Shown here: positions 46,174 through 55,969 of the stretch, piece by piece | Numbering within the stretch: the first letter of the stretch is position 1 | How the letters are laid out: each line of letters begins with the position of its first letter | NCBI GenBank assembly: GCA_026397255.1 | Contig: JAPLVF010000013.1 | Coordinates: 9,481 to 73,480, forward strand | Direction: 5' to 3' | Origin: Candidatus Beckwithbacteria bacterium | GTDB lineage: Bacteria > Patescibacteriota > Microgenomatia > UBA1400 > CG1-02-47-37 | Length of the DNA stretch: 64,000 nt | Notes under the pieces: generated by a model | Database searches by the model: none | Seen by the model: the letters and a program-made list of their open reading frames with translations, nothing else | Told to the model about the DNA's origin: nothing | Made by a program: the position numbers and the translations under genes

Positions 46174-47297
46174 AATAAACCGGCCATGGGCAGGTAGCGC
46201 AAAAATAAGTAACTAAAGAATTTTAACGGCAAAGGAGAAATAATCATTAATCCCTCATTTGGTTTAATCCAAGGGGTCGTATCCACAATCAATAAAATCA
46301 AACTAAGCATCATAAAAGCTAACTGTTGTTTGATTGATTTAAACGGAAATAAAACTATTAAAGGAATCAGCCATAAATGGAACGGTTGGGAAAAAATTTT
46401 GGCGGTAAAGAAAATCGTCAGGAAAAAAATTAAGCTGATTTTGATGCTGCCGGCATAAGTATTAAGTTTATTTTTTCTGGCATAAAGTAAGACTAATAAG
46501 ATAGAGAGAGGAAAGATTACCGAGACTGCTTTTTCCGCCGCTTGGGAAACCGGTCCCTGTAACTCAAAATCCGGCGGCTGGTCGCGCCGGACTTCACTAT
46601 GAGTGAAATAATTAACCGTCTCGACGACAAAACCGGGAAAAGAAGCATACTTAATCCCCCGTTCATTGTTGTAAACAAACATCACCCCCAAAGAAGAACG
46701 AAAAATTAAAAGCGGTAAACCCCAAACTAAAATAAACCCCAATATTATCATTTTCCAGTCTTTTTTTAAGAAAATCAGTGCCAGCGGCGCGGTTAGTAAT
46801 TTAAGTGCGGTTGACAACCAAAATAAAATCCAAAAGAGTAACCGTTTAGTCATAAAAATTATTGCCAAAGCTAAACTAGCCGTAAATACCCAGTCAATCC
46901 CTTCGTAAAAAAAGTCTTTGGCAATCATCGGCGCAATCAGATAAAAACCTATACTTAAGTATTTTGACAAAGGTTTTGTTTTAAGTTTCTGAATCGTTTT
47001 AAGAATAAAGAAAAATAAAACCGTATCGAAAAGAAAAATCTGCCAACGGTAATTTTGATAATAATGACCGATGTTTAAACGGTTTAAAATCTGAGGCACA
47101 TAAAGTAAAGGAATTGTCGCCGGCGGATATTCATAAAGATGCTTGAAGTAAGGAATAATGCCGCTTTGCCACATTTCCGCATAGCGGCGGTAGTCATGAA
47201 AAACATCGGAGTAAAATGGCGGCGGAAATTTTAAAATATAAAGCCGGCTTAAAAAGAAAAGGATAAATGCCAAGATTAATAAACGATTTTGTTTCAT
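46143..47297 (-). CDS. GT-C (GT87-like) membrane protein
   Basis: SDV...Y, PY.....EYPP, K.FS.....W..P. Confidence 0.75.
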   Translation of the reverse strand: MKQNRLLILAFILFFLSRLYILKFPPPFYSDVFHDYRRYAEMWQSGIIPYFKHLYEYPPATIPLLYVPQILNRLNIGHYYQNYRWQIFLFDTVLFFFILKTIQKLKTKPLSKYLSIGFYLIAPMIAKDFFYEGIDWVFTASLALAIIFMTKRLLFWILFWLSTALKLLTAPLALIFLKKDWKMIILGFILVWGLPLLIFRSSLGVMFVYNNERGIKYASFPGFVVETVNYFTHSEVRRDQPPDFELQGPVSQAAEKAVSVIFPLSILLVLLYARKNKLNTYAGSIKISLIFFLTIFFTAKIFSQPFHLWLIPLIVLFPFKSIKQQLAFMMLSLILLIVDTTPWIKPNEGLMIISPLPLKFFSYLFLRYLPMAGLLWLSTKLSNK

Positions 47298-48829
47298 AAT
47301 GGCGTTTTAACAATCCGGAAGGCCGGTTGACCATCAGGGAAATTAATTACTTTAATTATACCAACGGCATCAGCGGGAATTTCCTCAGGAGAACCGATAA
47401 TTAAAACGTTGCTTTTCTGGCTATCCTCTGGCCAATTAATGTTGCGAAAAAGATATTTGCTCATCGCTCCCCAGAAAACACTGGCGGCCTTTCTGTCTTG
47501 ATAGAAATAGGTAAAAATATACGGTTGTCCATAAGTGCTGGTAATAATAATTTTATTAACCTGATTTTCTTGCTGGCGGGCAAAATCTGCTGCTAACTGA
47601 TAGCCATATTGCCAAACCGGAGCAGAATAAACCGGATAAACGACAAAATAGTGATAAAGAAAATAAGCTAGATTAACGATAAATAAAATAACCACTAAGG
47701 TTCTTAATTGGGATTTTAACAAACGTAAAAAATAAACTAAACCAATAGCGGTAATGATAATTAATGCCGGTAAAACATTGTCAGAACGAAGCGGGTGAGG
47801 TACATCCCGACCAATCATGGCCGGAATCGGGCCGACAATTAACCACCAAAAAAGTAATTTTGACCAAGTTGCGGATCTTTTTTTCAGCAAATAAATTAAT
47901 CCCATCAGTAAAAACGGCGCTTCAATTAATAACAGCGGGCCGACTGTTTTAAGTTGTAACTGAGGCATAAGGCTGCTGCCGGAAAAAAGATAGGCGGGAG
48001 AGTAATGAATAATATAGTTTTTAAAGGCTTGGTTAATTAAGGAAAATTTCAACGGTAACGGTTGATCTTTTTCGTAAAAAATCGAAGTACTCTCAAACCG
48101 ATTGGCCCCTTTTTGGAAAACTATTTCCTTAATTAAGGGGATAAGTAACAATAATCCCAGGGTGACTGAACCAATCAGCCAATAACTATTTTTTTTGACA
48201 AAAATCTGCCGCCGGAAAATAAAAATTATTCCCAATAAAAATACCGGCACAAAAATTTTGGGACTGTGATAAGTATAGAAAGACAATACAAAACTTAAAA
48301 CAGAAAACAGGTAATATTTAGGTTTGGTTAAAGACTTTAAAAACAGATAAGTTCCCGATAAAACAAACATTAAGGCTAAATTAGCTTCAAAGGCCGGCCG
48401 GGATAAAATTACCTGCCAGGGAGTAATCGCCATCAGTAAAGCTGCTAATGGTGCGGTGTACGGTGTACGGAGTCCGGAGTTTAACAATAATGCATTAGTA
48501 ATCAAGTAAATCAAATAAACACTGGCAATGCCGGCGAGAACGGAAACCAGGCGGACAGAAATAGGGTTAGCTCCCAATAAACCAACAAAGGGGGCGGTTA
48601 AATAAATATAGACCGGCGCTTTATAATCACCGAAAGATTTAAAACTCCAGGGTAAATGAGTACCATATTCGTCCAGCCGCGTCTCCCAAATAGTTTTAGC
48701 ATTCCAGCCAATCGCCGCTTCATCCCAGTTTAAAGAGGCTGGATCAGAGCCTAAATGATAAAACCGCAGAACCCCGGCTAATAAAATTATCAGCAGCAAT
48801 AAAAAATTACGCTTGAATAAAAATCTCAT
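47294..48829 (-). CDS. GT-C (ArnT/PMT-like), TGKD-GDYK subfamily (start probably 48829)
   Basis: DEAAIGWNA......DEYG...P..FKSFGDYKAP; SRPAFEAN. Confidence 0.87.
   Translation of the reverse strand: MRFLFKRNFLLLLIILLAGVLRFYHLGSDPASLNWDEAAIGWNAKTIWETRLDEYGTHLPWSFKSFGDYKAPVYIYLTAPFVGLLGANPISVRLVSVLAGIASVYLIYLITNALLLNSGLRTPYTAPLAALLMAITPWQVILSRPAFEANLALMFVLSGTYLFLKSLTKPKYYLFSVLSFVLSFYTYHSPKIFVPVFLLGIIFIFRRQIFVKKNSYWLIGSVTLGLLLLIPLIKEIVFQKGANRFESTSIFYEKDQPLPLKFSLINQAFKNYIIHYSPAYLFSGSSLMPQLQLKTVGPLLLIEAPFLLMGLIYLLKKRSATWSKLLFWWLIVGPIPAMIGRDVPHPLRSDNVLPALIIITAIGLVYFLRLLKSQLRTLVVILFIVNLAYFLYHYFVVYPVYSAPVWQYGYQLAADFARQQENQVNKIIITSTYGQPYIFTYFYQDRKAASVFWGAMSKYLFRNINWPEDSQKSNVLIIGSPEEIPADAVGIIKVINFPDGQPAFRIVKTPL
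48454..48481. repeat. Four 7-bp tandem repeats inside a CDS
   Basis: CGGTGTA CGGTGTA CGGAGTC CGGAGTT. Confidence 0.7.
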
Positions 48830-48830
48830 A

Positions 48831-50333
48831 TTAAAATTGGTATTTTTCAACTATGATTATGCCGAAATTAGTTTTATCAATTAATTTTTTCCCTTCAGTA
48901 AGAGGGCGATACCAATCTAAAAACCAAGGCTTGAGTTCAGCTTGATTATTTTTCATCCAGGTATCCGGCTCATAAATCACAAAATATTCCTGGGTAAATT
49001 CAGTGAAGCGCAAGTTTTTAATACCTTGTTTTTGCGCTTCCCTTTTTAATAAATATTCATAAGTGGCCGGGCGGCCATCCGGAGGCCTTGCCCAGATTGC
49101 CTGACCGTTATAATTTTTCAAAACATAGTTAACCGTTTTATTAAGCTGCATTAATGAATATCCGAGACTGTTTGGAAACAAAAATGTATCCGCCTGAGAA
49201 ACATTGGAAAAAATTATTATTGATAAAACAGCAACTTTTAAAACACGGCCGTGTTTAATAAACTTTGTTAAAGAAACCAATGAATAACTGGCAAGAAGAA
49301 GCAAGGGTAAGAATTGAGAAACTATATAATAGTCGAAAAAGAAGCCAAAATTTCCGGTATAAAAAAGATAGCAAACGATCGGGAATAATAACCATAATAA
49401 CAATAAAATTATTCCTTTTCTATCTTTGACTGAAACTTTTTTAAAGAAGTAAACAGGCAGAAAAATTATACCTAATAATAAGGCTGAGCTGACAAGAGGA
49501 AAAAACATTTTGTTTAAAATACTCGGAGTTAAAGAGTTAATAAACCATTGATTAAAAAAACCCGGCCGGGAGTGCCAAACAACTGCAAGGCTGGTTTTAT
49601 TAACGTCACTGATAAAGTTTCCCAGCAAAGACTTTGAGAGAAGATGCTCATGACGAAAATTGAAAAGTAGCTGCGGGAAAAAGGTGCTTAAAAATAACCC
49701 CAGACCTAAGAATAAATTAATCAATCCGATTTTCTTCCAAGACGGCAGCAAATAAAGAAAAATCGCTAAGGTTAAAAAGAAAGCATTGGCTAACTGCGTT
49801 TGAAGACTGAGACCCATAACTAAACCTAAAAGCGGAAAGTATTTCTTGTTGTCTTGTTTGATTTTGTAGGCTAACCAAAACATTAATAAAGAAATAAACA
49901 TCAGCGGGGAGGGATTTGACAACATTCTGGAAAAGTAAATGCCCTGACTGGAAAAACATAATAAAGCGGCAGCGAGTAAACCAACTTTTTTACCAAATAG
50001 GTCTTTCCCCAGTAAATAAATTAAATAAATACTTAATGTTCCCAATAAAACCATTTCTGTTGCCGGCCAAACAGGATTCCCCTGTCCTAAAAAATAAAAA
50101 GGTAAAATTAAATAATAAAAAAACGGCCCGAGAAAGACTCCTTCAATACCGGTAGTCGGGCCAATTAGTACGGGTTTATGATTTTTAATTATTGACTCAA
50201 CTACCAGAGCATCACGACCTTGATCGTAACCAAAATGAAGATTTAGATGTAAATTCCAAATCCGCAAAAGAAAACCAATACTTAACAAAAATATTAAAAT
50301 TGAATTTTTCTTTACGAAAATCTTAAAAGGCAT
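48831..50333 (-). CDS. GT-C (ArnT/PMT-like), YD.GRD subfamily
   Basis: YDQGRDAL...IGPTTGIEGVFLGPFFYY. Confidence 0.85.
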   Translation of the reverse strand: MPFKIFVKKNSILIFLLSIGFLLRIWNLHLNLHFGYDQGRDALVVESIIKNHKPVLIGPTTGIEGVFLGPFFYYLILPFYFLGQGNPVWPATEMVLLGTLSIYLIYLLGKDLFGKKVGLLAAALLCFSSQGIYFSRMLSNPSPLMFISLLMFWLAYKIKQDNKKYFPLLGLVMGLSLQTQLANAFFLTLAIFLYLLPSWKKIGLINLFLGLGLFLSTFFPQLLFNFRHEHLLSKSLLGNFISDVNKTSLAVVWHSRPGFFNQWFINSLTPSILNKMFFPLVSSALLLGIIFLPVYFFKKVSVKDRKGIILLLLWLLFPIVCYLFYTGNFGFFFDYYIVSQFLPLLLLASYSLVSLTKFIKHGRVLKVAVLSIIIFSNVSQADTFLFPNSLGYSLMQLNKTVNYVLKNYNGQAIWARPPDGRPATYEYLLKREAQKQGIKNLRFTEFTQEYFVIYEPDTWMKNNQAELKPWFLDWYRPLTEGKKLIDKTNFGIIIVEKYQF

Positions 50334-50337
50334 AATA

Positions 50338-51081
50338 CTAATTATATCTTCCTAAAGAAGATACCAATTTAAAACAAATAAAAACAGGCTCAAAAAAATC
50401 TGTCCAGGAAAGTTTAGACACACCTGCCCGGCGGTCTTTAAAAACAATCGGAATTTCTTTAACTTTATAACCATTTTTTAAAACCCGAAAGACCGCTTCC
50501 ATAGAAATAGCCAGGCCTTTTCGGGAAAAAAGGCTAGCTGGGTTAATTGATTCCAGGGCTTTTCTCTTATATGCCTTAAAACCTGAACCCATGTCTGTTA
50601 AATGAATTCCCAAAATGAAGCGGAAAATAATTCCGGAAAGCCGACTAATTAAGGTGCGGAAAGGAGAACGATTGACCTCACTTCCACCTGGTAAAAACCG
50701 AGAACCCAAAACTACATCGATTTCTGGTTTTGATAGCTGCCGAAGCATTAGAGGAATATATTGCGGATCATGAGAAAAATCCGCATCCATTTCTATAATG
50801 GCATCTGCCTTTTGTTTTAAACAATACCTGAAGGCATCTTTGCCGGCCAAAGCCCGGCCACGCGGCGGTTGGCGGTGTAAAACACTAATTTCCTTGGGAA
50901 ATTTGACGGTTAATTTATCGGCAATTTCTCCGGTTCTGTCAGTGGAATTATCATCGATAATCGCAATATGTAAATTGGGAATTTTAAGCTGAAGAATAGT
51001 GGCAACTAAATCGGCAAGATTCCCTTCTTCATTATGGCAGGGTAAAAACAACCAAATGTTTTTAAAAAGAAATTTTGCCAT
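50338..51081 (-). CDS. GT2 polyprenol monophospho-sugar synthase (Ppm1/DPM1-like)
   Basis: P.HNE, DDNSTD.T, MDADFSHDP, F.DR..G.SK. Confidence 0.9.
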   Translation of the reverse strand: MAKFLFKNIWLFLPCHNEEGNLADLVATILQLKIPNLHIAIIDDNSTDRTGEIADKLTVKFPKEISVLHRQPPRGRALAGKDAFRYCLKQKADAIIEMDADFSHDPQYIPLMLRQLSKPEIDVVLGSRFLPGGSEVNRSPFRTLISRLSGIIFRFILGIHLTDMGSGFKAYKRKALESINPASLFSRKGLAISMEAVFRVLKNGYKVKEIPIVFKDRRAGVSKLSWTDFFEPVFICFKLVSSLGRYN

Positions 51082-51781
51082 TTTGATAGTCCTTGGTAAC
51101 TTGCGTTAATCTTTCCGGCGTACCCATATCCTTAGAATAACAGTCGGAATAATAGGCGTAAAGTCTTTGACCGCGGGCTAACAAACCGGGAATTAACTGC
51201 TCTTCTAAAGAAAATTCAGTTTTTCCGGGAATAAAGTCCAAAACTTGCGGTGTAAAGATATGAGTGCCGGTTTTAGCCAGCGGCTTAAATTTATCTCCCT
51301 GGTGGGGCCGGAAAAAACGTTTAATCAAAAAATTGTGATCAGACTCAACCAAATCTGAGTCAAACGGATGATCGGTCGGGTGCACTAAAAAAGTTCCCAA
51401 ACCCGCCTTTAACTGATGAAATTTAGCCATAGCGGTTAAATCAACATTGGTCATGACGTCACCGTTAAGAACAAAAAAACTGTCGTTTTTCAATAATTTT
51501 TCCGCCAGTTTTAAGGCACCGGCGCCGCCCATGATTTGGTTAATTTCACGCGAGTAATTAATGTGAACACCAAACTTATTTCCATCTTGAAAATAATCAG
51601 TAATGACTTTTGGAAAATAATGAAGATTAATAATAATGTCTTTAAAGCCGTGAAAAGAACAAAGATTAATTAAGTGTTCGAGAATTGGTTTGTCTCCGAT
51701 TTTAACCATTACCTTGGGCTGATGGTTAGTTAAGGGTTTTAATCTGGTCCCCAAGCCGGCGGCTAAAATAAAAACTTTCAT
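51062..51781 (-). CDS. hddC: Sugar-1-phosphate nucleotidyltransferase (HddC-like by context)
   Basis: LAAGLGTRL.PLT...PK, NGD, DMGTPE; in an operon with gmhA and hddA. Confidence 0.75.
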   Translation of the reverse strand: MKVFILAAGLGTRLKPLTNHQPKVMVKIGDKPILEHLINLCSFHGFKDIIINLHYFPKVITDYFQDGNKFGVHINYSREINQIMGGAGALKLAEKLLKNDSFFVLNGDVMTNVDLTAMAKFHQLKAGLGTFLVHPTDHPFDSDLVESDHNFLIKRFFRPHQGDKFKPLAKTGTHIFTPQVLDFIPGKTEFSLEEQLIPGLLARGQRLYAYYSDCYSKDMGTPERLTQVTKDYQNGKISF

Positions 51782-53394
51782 TTATGTTTGAGAATAAACT
51801 TCACCGCCGCCAATAAATCCTGACAAGTTTCATCGGGGTGGCCGGGATAAAGAGGATCCTTGCCGGCATGACCGGTTTTAACTAAAATTGTAAAAACATT
51901 TTCTTTTTTACCCATGAGAATATCCCGGCCATTATCGCCGACCACATAAGATTTGTTTAAATCTAAATTAAACATTTCTGAAGCTCTGACAATCATACCC
52001 GAATCCGGCTTTCTCCAGGAGCATTGGCTGATGTAGTCGGGATTAAAGGCCGTCGGATGATGAGGGCAGTAAAAGAGGGCATCAATATAAGCGCTTTTTT
52101 CCCCGAGTTTTTCCAGCATATAACGATGCAGTTTCTGGACTTGGTCCTCATCACATAATCCCCGGGCAACAACAGAGGCGTTATGGTAAACAATCACCGG
52201 AATATCAGCCATGTTTAATAACTTAATTGCCTGGATTGAACCGGGAATAAACTCAAAATCTTTTAATTGGTAAAGTAAATGAGTTTCCTTATTAATCACT
52301 CCATCGCGATCCAAAAAAACAGCCCAATTTTTCTTGGGGGTAAATTTTTCTCTGATGAGAACCGGATGAAAATTATTTTCATGCTCAATTTTGGTGACCT
52401 GTAAACCTACTTCATCAAGATTAAAATTAATTATTTGAACCCCTTCGGCTTCCAGAGCGCTGATTAACTGCTTCTGTTTTTCCGGCGGGCAGAAAAAAAA
52501 CATATGACCTTCACCGCCGGCGCCCATCACCTTGCCGCCGAGCGCCCCCTGTTGGCGGGCCAAATCATAAAGAGAGTCTAACCGGTTATTGGTCGCCGCC
52601 GGGTTGGAACGTTTTTTATTCTGCCAAGACTTATTTAAAATCCCACCCAGTTTCAGCCATTTTTTCTGGAGCAAAAAACGGTGAAATTCCGCAGTGGCTG
52701 ATTTTAGGTCTAATAAGGCTTTAATTTTATTTTTTTCGGACATGCCTTTTTTCAGCTGTTTTTGCATTTCGCTGGAATGACGGGAACCGCCGGTAAAACA
52801 AAGCACTAACCAACGGTTTAGCTCGAGTTTGACTTGAGCGTTTAAGTTAATTCCCTTAACCGAAAAATTATTGTTTTTCCCGAAAGTCATCAGATTGACG
52901 CCCCCGAAAACAGCGGCAAGCTGATCTTGCTTGCCGGAAATCCATTTCAGCTCTTTTGTTTCCATTTCCCAGGCAAGAAGGGCAATTTCCTTTTTAGTTA
53001 AATTTAAAGCTAGCCATTGGTTAAAAGCACCGATAATGGCTACGGCAGCCGCTCCGGAGCTGCCTAAGCCGGCCGAATGGTTGCCCTCAAAACGGTCATA
53101 AAGATTAAAGCCGGTCGGGAGATGCTTTTTAAAATTATTTAAAATCGCATAAACTAAATCAAACTTTTTATCCTCGCCGTAACCGGGGAAAGGCTTATCA
53201 AGACTAAGTTGGCGGACTTCGCCTAAATTCTCAATAAAAATATTCCGGTCTTCCCGGGGAACTAAGGTTACCCGATGATACAAAGAAATCGCCAGGCTAA
53301 TCACTTCCCCGCCATATTGGGAAGCAAAGGGATCAACATCGGTCCCTCCCCCGATTAGACCAATCCGGGTAGGGGCCTGGGAGATAATTTTCAT
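51778..53394 (-). CDS. Fusion of a GHMP heptose-7-phosphate kinase (HddA-like) and a HAD heptose-1,7-bisphosphate phosphatase (GmhB-like)
   Basis: APTRI...GGGTD, GLGSSG, GKQDQ, GAGGEG; then FLDRDGVIN, CPHHP...C..RKP, VGD...D. Confidence 0.88.
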   Translation of the reverse strand: MKIISQAPTRIGLIGGGTDVDPFASQYGGEVISLAISLYHRVTLVPREDRNIFIENLGEVRQLSLDKPFPGYGEDKKFDLVYAILNNFKKHLPTGFNLYDRFEGNHSAGLGSSGAAAVAIIGAFNQWLALNLTKKEIALLAWEMETKELKWISGKQDQLAAVFGGVNLMTFGKNNNFSVKGINLNAQVKLELNRWLVLCFTGGSRHSSEMQKQLKKGMSEKNKIKALLDLKSATAEFHRFLLQKKWLKLGGILNKSWQNKKRSNPAATNNRLDSLYDLARQQGALGGKVMGAGGEGHMFFFCPPEKQKQLISALEAEGVQIINFNLDEVGLQVTKIEHENNFHPVLIREKFTPKKNWAVFLDRDGVINKETHLLYQLKDFEFIPGSIQAIKLLNMADIPVIVYHNASVVARGLCDEDQVQKLHRYMLEKLGEKSAYIDALFYCPHHPTAFNPDYISQCSWRKPDSGMIVRASEMFNLDLNKSYVVGDNGRDILMGKKENVFTILVKTGHAGKDPLYPGHPDETCQDLLAAVKFILKHK

Positions 53395-53996
53395 AAATTT
53401 ATTTTGGGAAAAATGGCCTGTTCAACTAAATCACAAATTATATGTAAAGCCAAAAGCTGGCCTTCTTGAATCCGCGGTGTATCCGAAGAAGGAATTTTGA
53501 CAGCGGCATCGAGCAATGGTAAGGCAATTTTGGTTTTATCACTGACTAAGCCAATTGTTTTTAGGCCGATTTTTCTGGCTGATTCCAGGGCCAAACCTAA
53601 GTTTCTCGAGTGAAAATTAGCCTCATTCAGGGAAACATCGCTGGTAGTAATAATGATTAAAACATCACCTTTTTTCCCTAAGGCTTCAACTTGTTTAGAA
53701 AAAACATAGCTAAAACCAAAGTCATTGCTGATTGAAGTTAAGTTGGAGGTATCGGTGGTCAAGGCGATTGCCGCTAAAGGACTTCTGTCCAAACGGAATT
53801 TATTAATCATTTCCGCGGCAATGTGCTGCGCCTGGGAAGCACTGCCGCCATTACCGCAAAGCAATACTTTCCCGGCTTGCTTAAATGTTTTGATAATCAT
53901 CTGCGCCGCTTGTAAAATGCCTGCTTGACAATTTTTAATCATGGCGGCGGAGACAACTGAAGCGGTTTGCAACTGATCAATTATTATTTTTGTCAT
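53391..53996 (-). CDS. gmhA: Sedoheptulose-7-phosphate isomerase
   Basis: CGNGGSA..AQH.AAE, ISNDFG...VF..Q, TPRIQE.....LH..C. Confidence 0.9.
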   Translation of the reverse strand: MTKIIIDQLQTASVVSAAMIKNCQAGILQAAQMIIKTFKQAGKVLLCGNGGSASQAQHIAAEMINKFRLDRSPLAAIALTTDTSNLTSISNDFGFSYVFSKQVEALGKKGDVLIIITTSDVSLNEANFHSRNLGLALESARKIGLKTIGLVSDKTKIALPLLDAAVKIPSSDTPRIQEGQLLALHIICDLVEQAIFPKINL

Positions 53997-53999
53997 AAT

Positions 54000-54875
54000 T
54001 TATATTTTACCAAAAGGTTGGACCTTTTTGAATGATAACCACAAATAGATGGCTTGGAAAAAAGCAAGAATAAATAAGCCATGAGTTCTAATTGAGGTAA
54101 ATATAAAATGGTATGGCAGCCAGAGGAAATGCTCCAAAAGCCGGCGGCCGTGAATGTTTTTCCAAACAAATAAAATCTGGTTACGTAAAGCCATCAACTC
54201 CATTTTTCTTTTGCCAAAGACACTGACATTAGTCGTTTCGTGATGGTGATAAACTACGGCTTTCGGTTCAAATAAAATTTTCCAGTGGAATTTTTCTCTG
54301 GCTGTCCAGGATAAATCAATATCTTCCCAATAGGCCGGTTTGTATAAAGGATCCATACCACCAATCTGTAAATATTTTTTGCGGTCAAAGGCGCTCGAGC
54401 CACCGGTGGCCCAGCAGTTAGTTACCTTCCTTTTCAAATTCCCGATGGGGACGGCTGAATGGACCAAAAATCCGCGCTGAAATCGGCATTGGTTCCGGCC
54501 GGAAAATGCCTCTTTATTCTCATGACTTTGAATTTCCAAACAGGAAACGGCAAAAACACTATCGTCACGGAAATGAGCCAGCAACGGCGCCAGAAAATTT
54601 GGTTTCGGAGCGACATCAGAGTTTAGCAATACCACAACGTCACCATGAGCGGCTTTAACGCCATTATTACAGGAAACGGCAAAACGCTGATTGATTTTAT
54701 TAACCACCACTTTTACCTGAGGAAAATTTTGTTTTAGAAAATCTCTCGTGTCGTCCGGAGAAGCGTCGTCAACGACAATAATTTCTGCACCCGGGCAAGC
54801 CTTAATCACTAGCGGTAAGTATTTGATTAAGGGTAGTTTTTTCCAGTTGGGAATAACGACGGAAACTGTTTTCAT
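54000..54875 (-). CDS. Glycosyltransferase family 2
   Basis: VDDAS.D, LLNSD, YWEDIDL. Confidence 0.9.
   Translation of the reverse strand: MKTVSVVIPNWKKLPLIKYLPLVIKACPGAEIIVVDDASPDDTRDFLKQNFPQVKVVVNKINQRFAVSCNNGVKAAHGDVVVLLNSDVAPKPNFLAPLLAHFRDDSVFAVSCLEIQSHENKEAFSGRNQCRFQRGFLVHSAVPIGNLKRKVTNCWATGGSSAFDRKKYLQIGGMDPLYKPAYWEDIDLSWTAREKFHWKILFEPKAVVYHHHETTNVSVFGKRKMELMALRNQILFVWKNIHGRRLLEHFLWLPYHFIFTSIRTHGLFILAFFQAIYLWLSFKKVQPFGKI
54014..54026. repeat. Single degenerate AAGGTCNGACCTT-type palindrome at the 3' end of a gene
   Basis: AAGGTTGGACCTT; encodes KVQP. Confidence 0.55.
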
Positions 54876-55969
54876 AAGTTAAAAATTTTCCTGGTGGTTT
54901 GGCAAAACTTGATTAAAGAAAAATCTTTGGCCCGTTTTTGGGCTTGAGTCGATAATTTCTGCCATAGTTTTTGATCGTCAATCAATTCCCCGGTTTGCTG
55001 AATCAACTGCGGTTGTGTCTGCCAGAGAAGGCCGTCGACCGCGTGGTTAACGATTTCCGTTTGCCCGCCTTTTTTAATTACCACCGGTACGGCAGCGGCG
55101 GCCATGGCTTCAATCGTCGAGATGCCGAAATGCTCCGCCGCCTGCGGATTGGTTTGTTCATCAATCCTATAGCCGGTCGCGTGCCAATAGATTTTTGCTT
55201 GGCCGTAAGCCTGAAGCAAGGAATCAAAACTGGTCTTTGACGGTAAATCAATCGGATAACCCTGAGCCAAACTTTTAACGCGGTTAAAATAATTAAGATT
55301 GTCCTTACCTTTATCAACCGGGCCGATTAGTTTCAGGCGCCAACCAACTAAACCCTGATCGCACATTTTCCGGAAAGTTTTAACCAAAAAATCCTGGCGT
55401 TTGCAGTGTTTGTTAAGCGATGGTGAAAACCAGCGGCCGACGCTAACGATCAGATTCTGTTTTGGCTGCGGTACAAAAATTTCGGTATCAACCGCCCCCC
55501 AGTGAACAAAATTAATTTTAATTTTCCAGATTCGCTCCAGTGCCTGTTTACAAAAAAATGAGTGGGTGGTTTTGACCTGCCAGGTGTTTAATTTTAACCG
55601 CTGTATTAAACCGGGCGGCCGGTTAAAGGGAATCATAAAGTGAGCGATGTTTCTTTTGGCTCCGGAGACAAAAAAACTAGCATCGGTCATGTAGTAAAAA
55701 ACATCATAACCACCGGTAAATTGCCACCGTCCCCAAGCGGAACTACCCGGACCGAACGGCCCGGGAATAACATTTAAACCATCAAGCTTTAAGTGAAAAT
55801 TGTCAGTAAATTTTTGTTTCAAGCCGGAAATCAGTTTGATTTTATTCCGGGGAATAATTAAATCCACCCGGTGCTTTGGCAATAAACATTCAGCCACGGT
55901 TAATAAATAGCGTTCGCCGCCGCCGATGTTATCTGCCAAAAATGGACTATATAAACCGATCCGGCTCAT
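54872..55969 (-). CDS. Glycosyltransferase family 4 (ALG11-like motifs)
   Basis: GGGERY, SVGR, KRQD, EHFGISTIEAMA. Confidence 0.9.
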   Translation of the reverse strand: MSRIGLYSPFLADNIGGGERYLLTVAECLLPKHRVDLIIPRNKIKLISGLKQKFTDNFHLKLDGLNVIPGPFGPGSSAWGRWQFTGGYDVFYYMTDASFFVSGAKRNIAHFMIPFNRPPGLIQRLKLNTWQVKTTHSFFCKQALERIWKIKINFVHWGAVDTEIFVPQPKQNLIVSVGRWFSPSLNKHCKRQDFLVKTFRKMCDQGLVGWRLKLIGPVDKGKDNLNYFNRVKSLAQGYPIDLPSKTSFDSLLQAYGQAKIYWHATGYRIDEQTNPQAAEHFGISTIEAMAAAAVPVVIKKGGQTEIVNHAVDGLLWQTQPQLIQQTGELIDDQKLWQKLSTQAQKRAKDFSLIKFCQTTRKIFNL

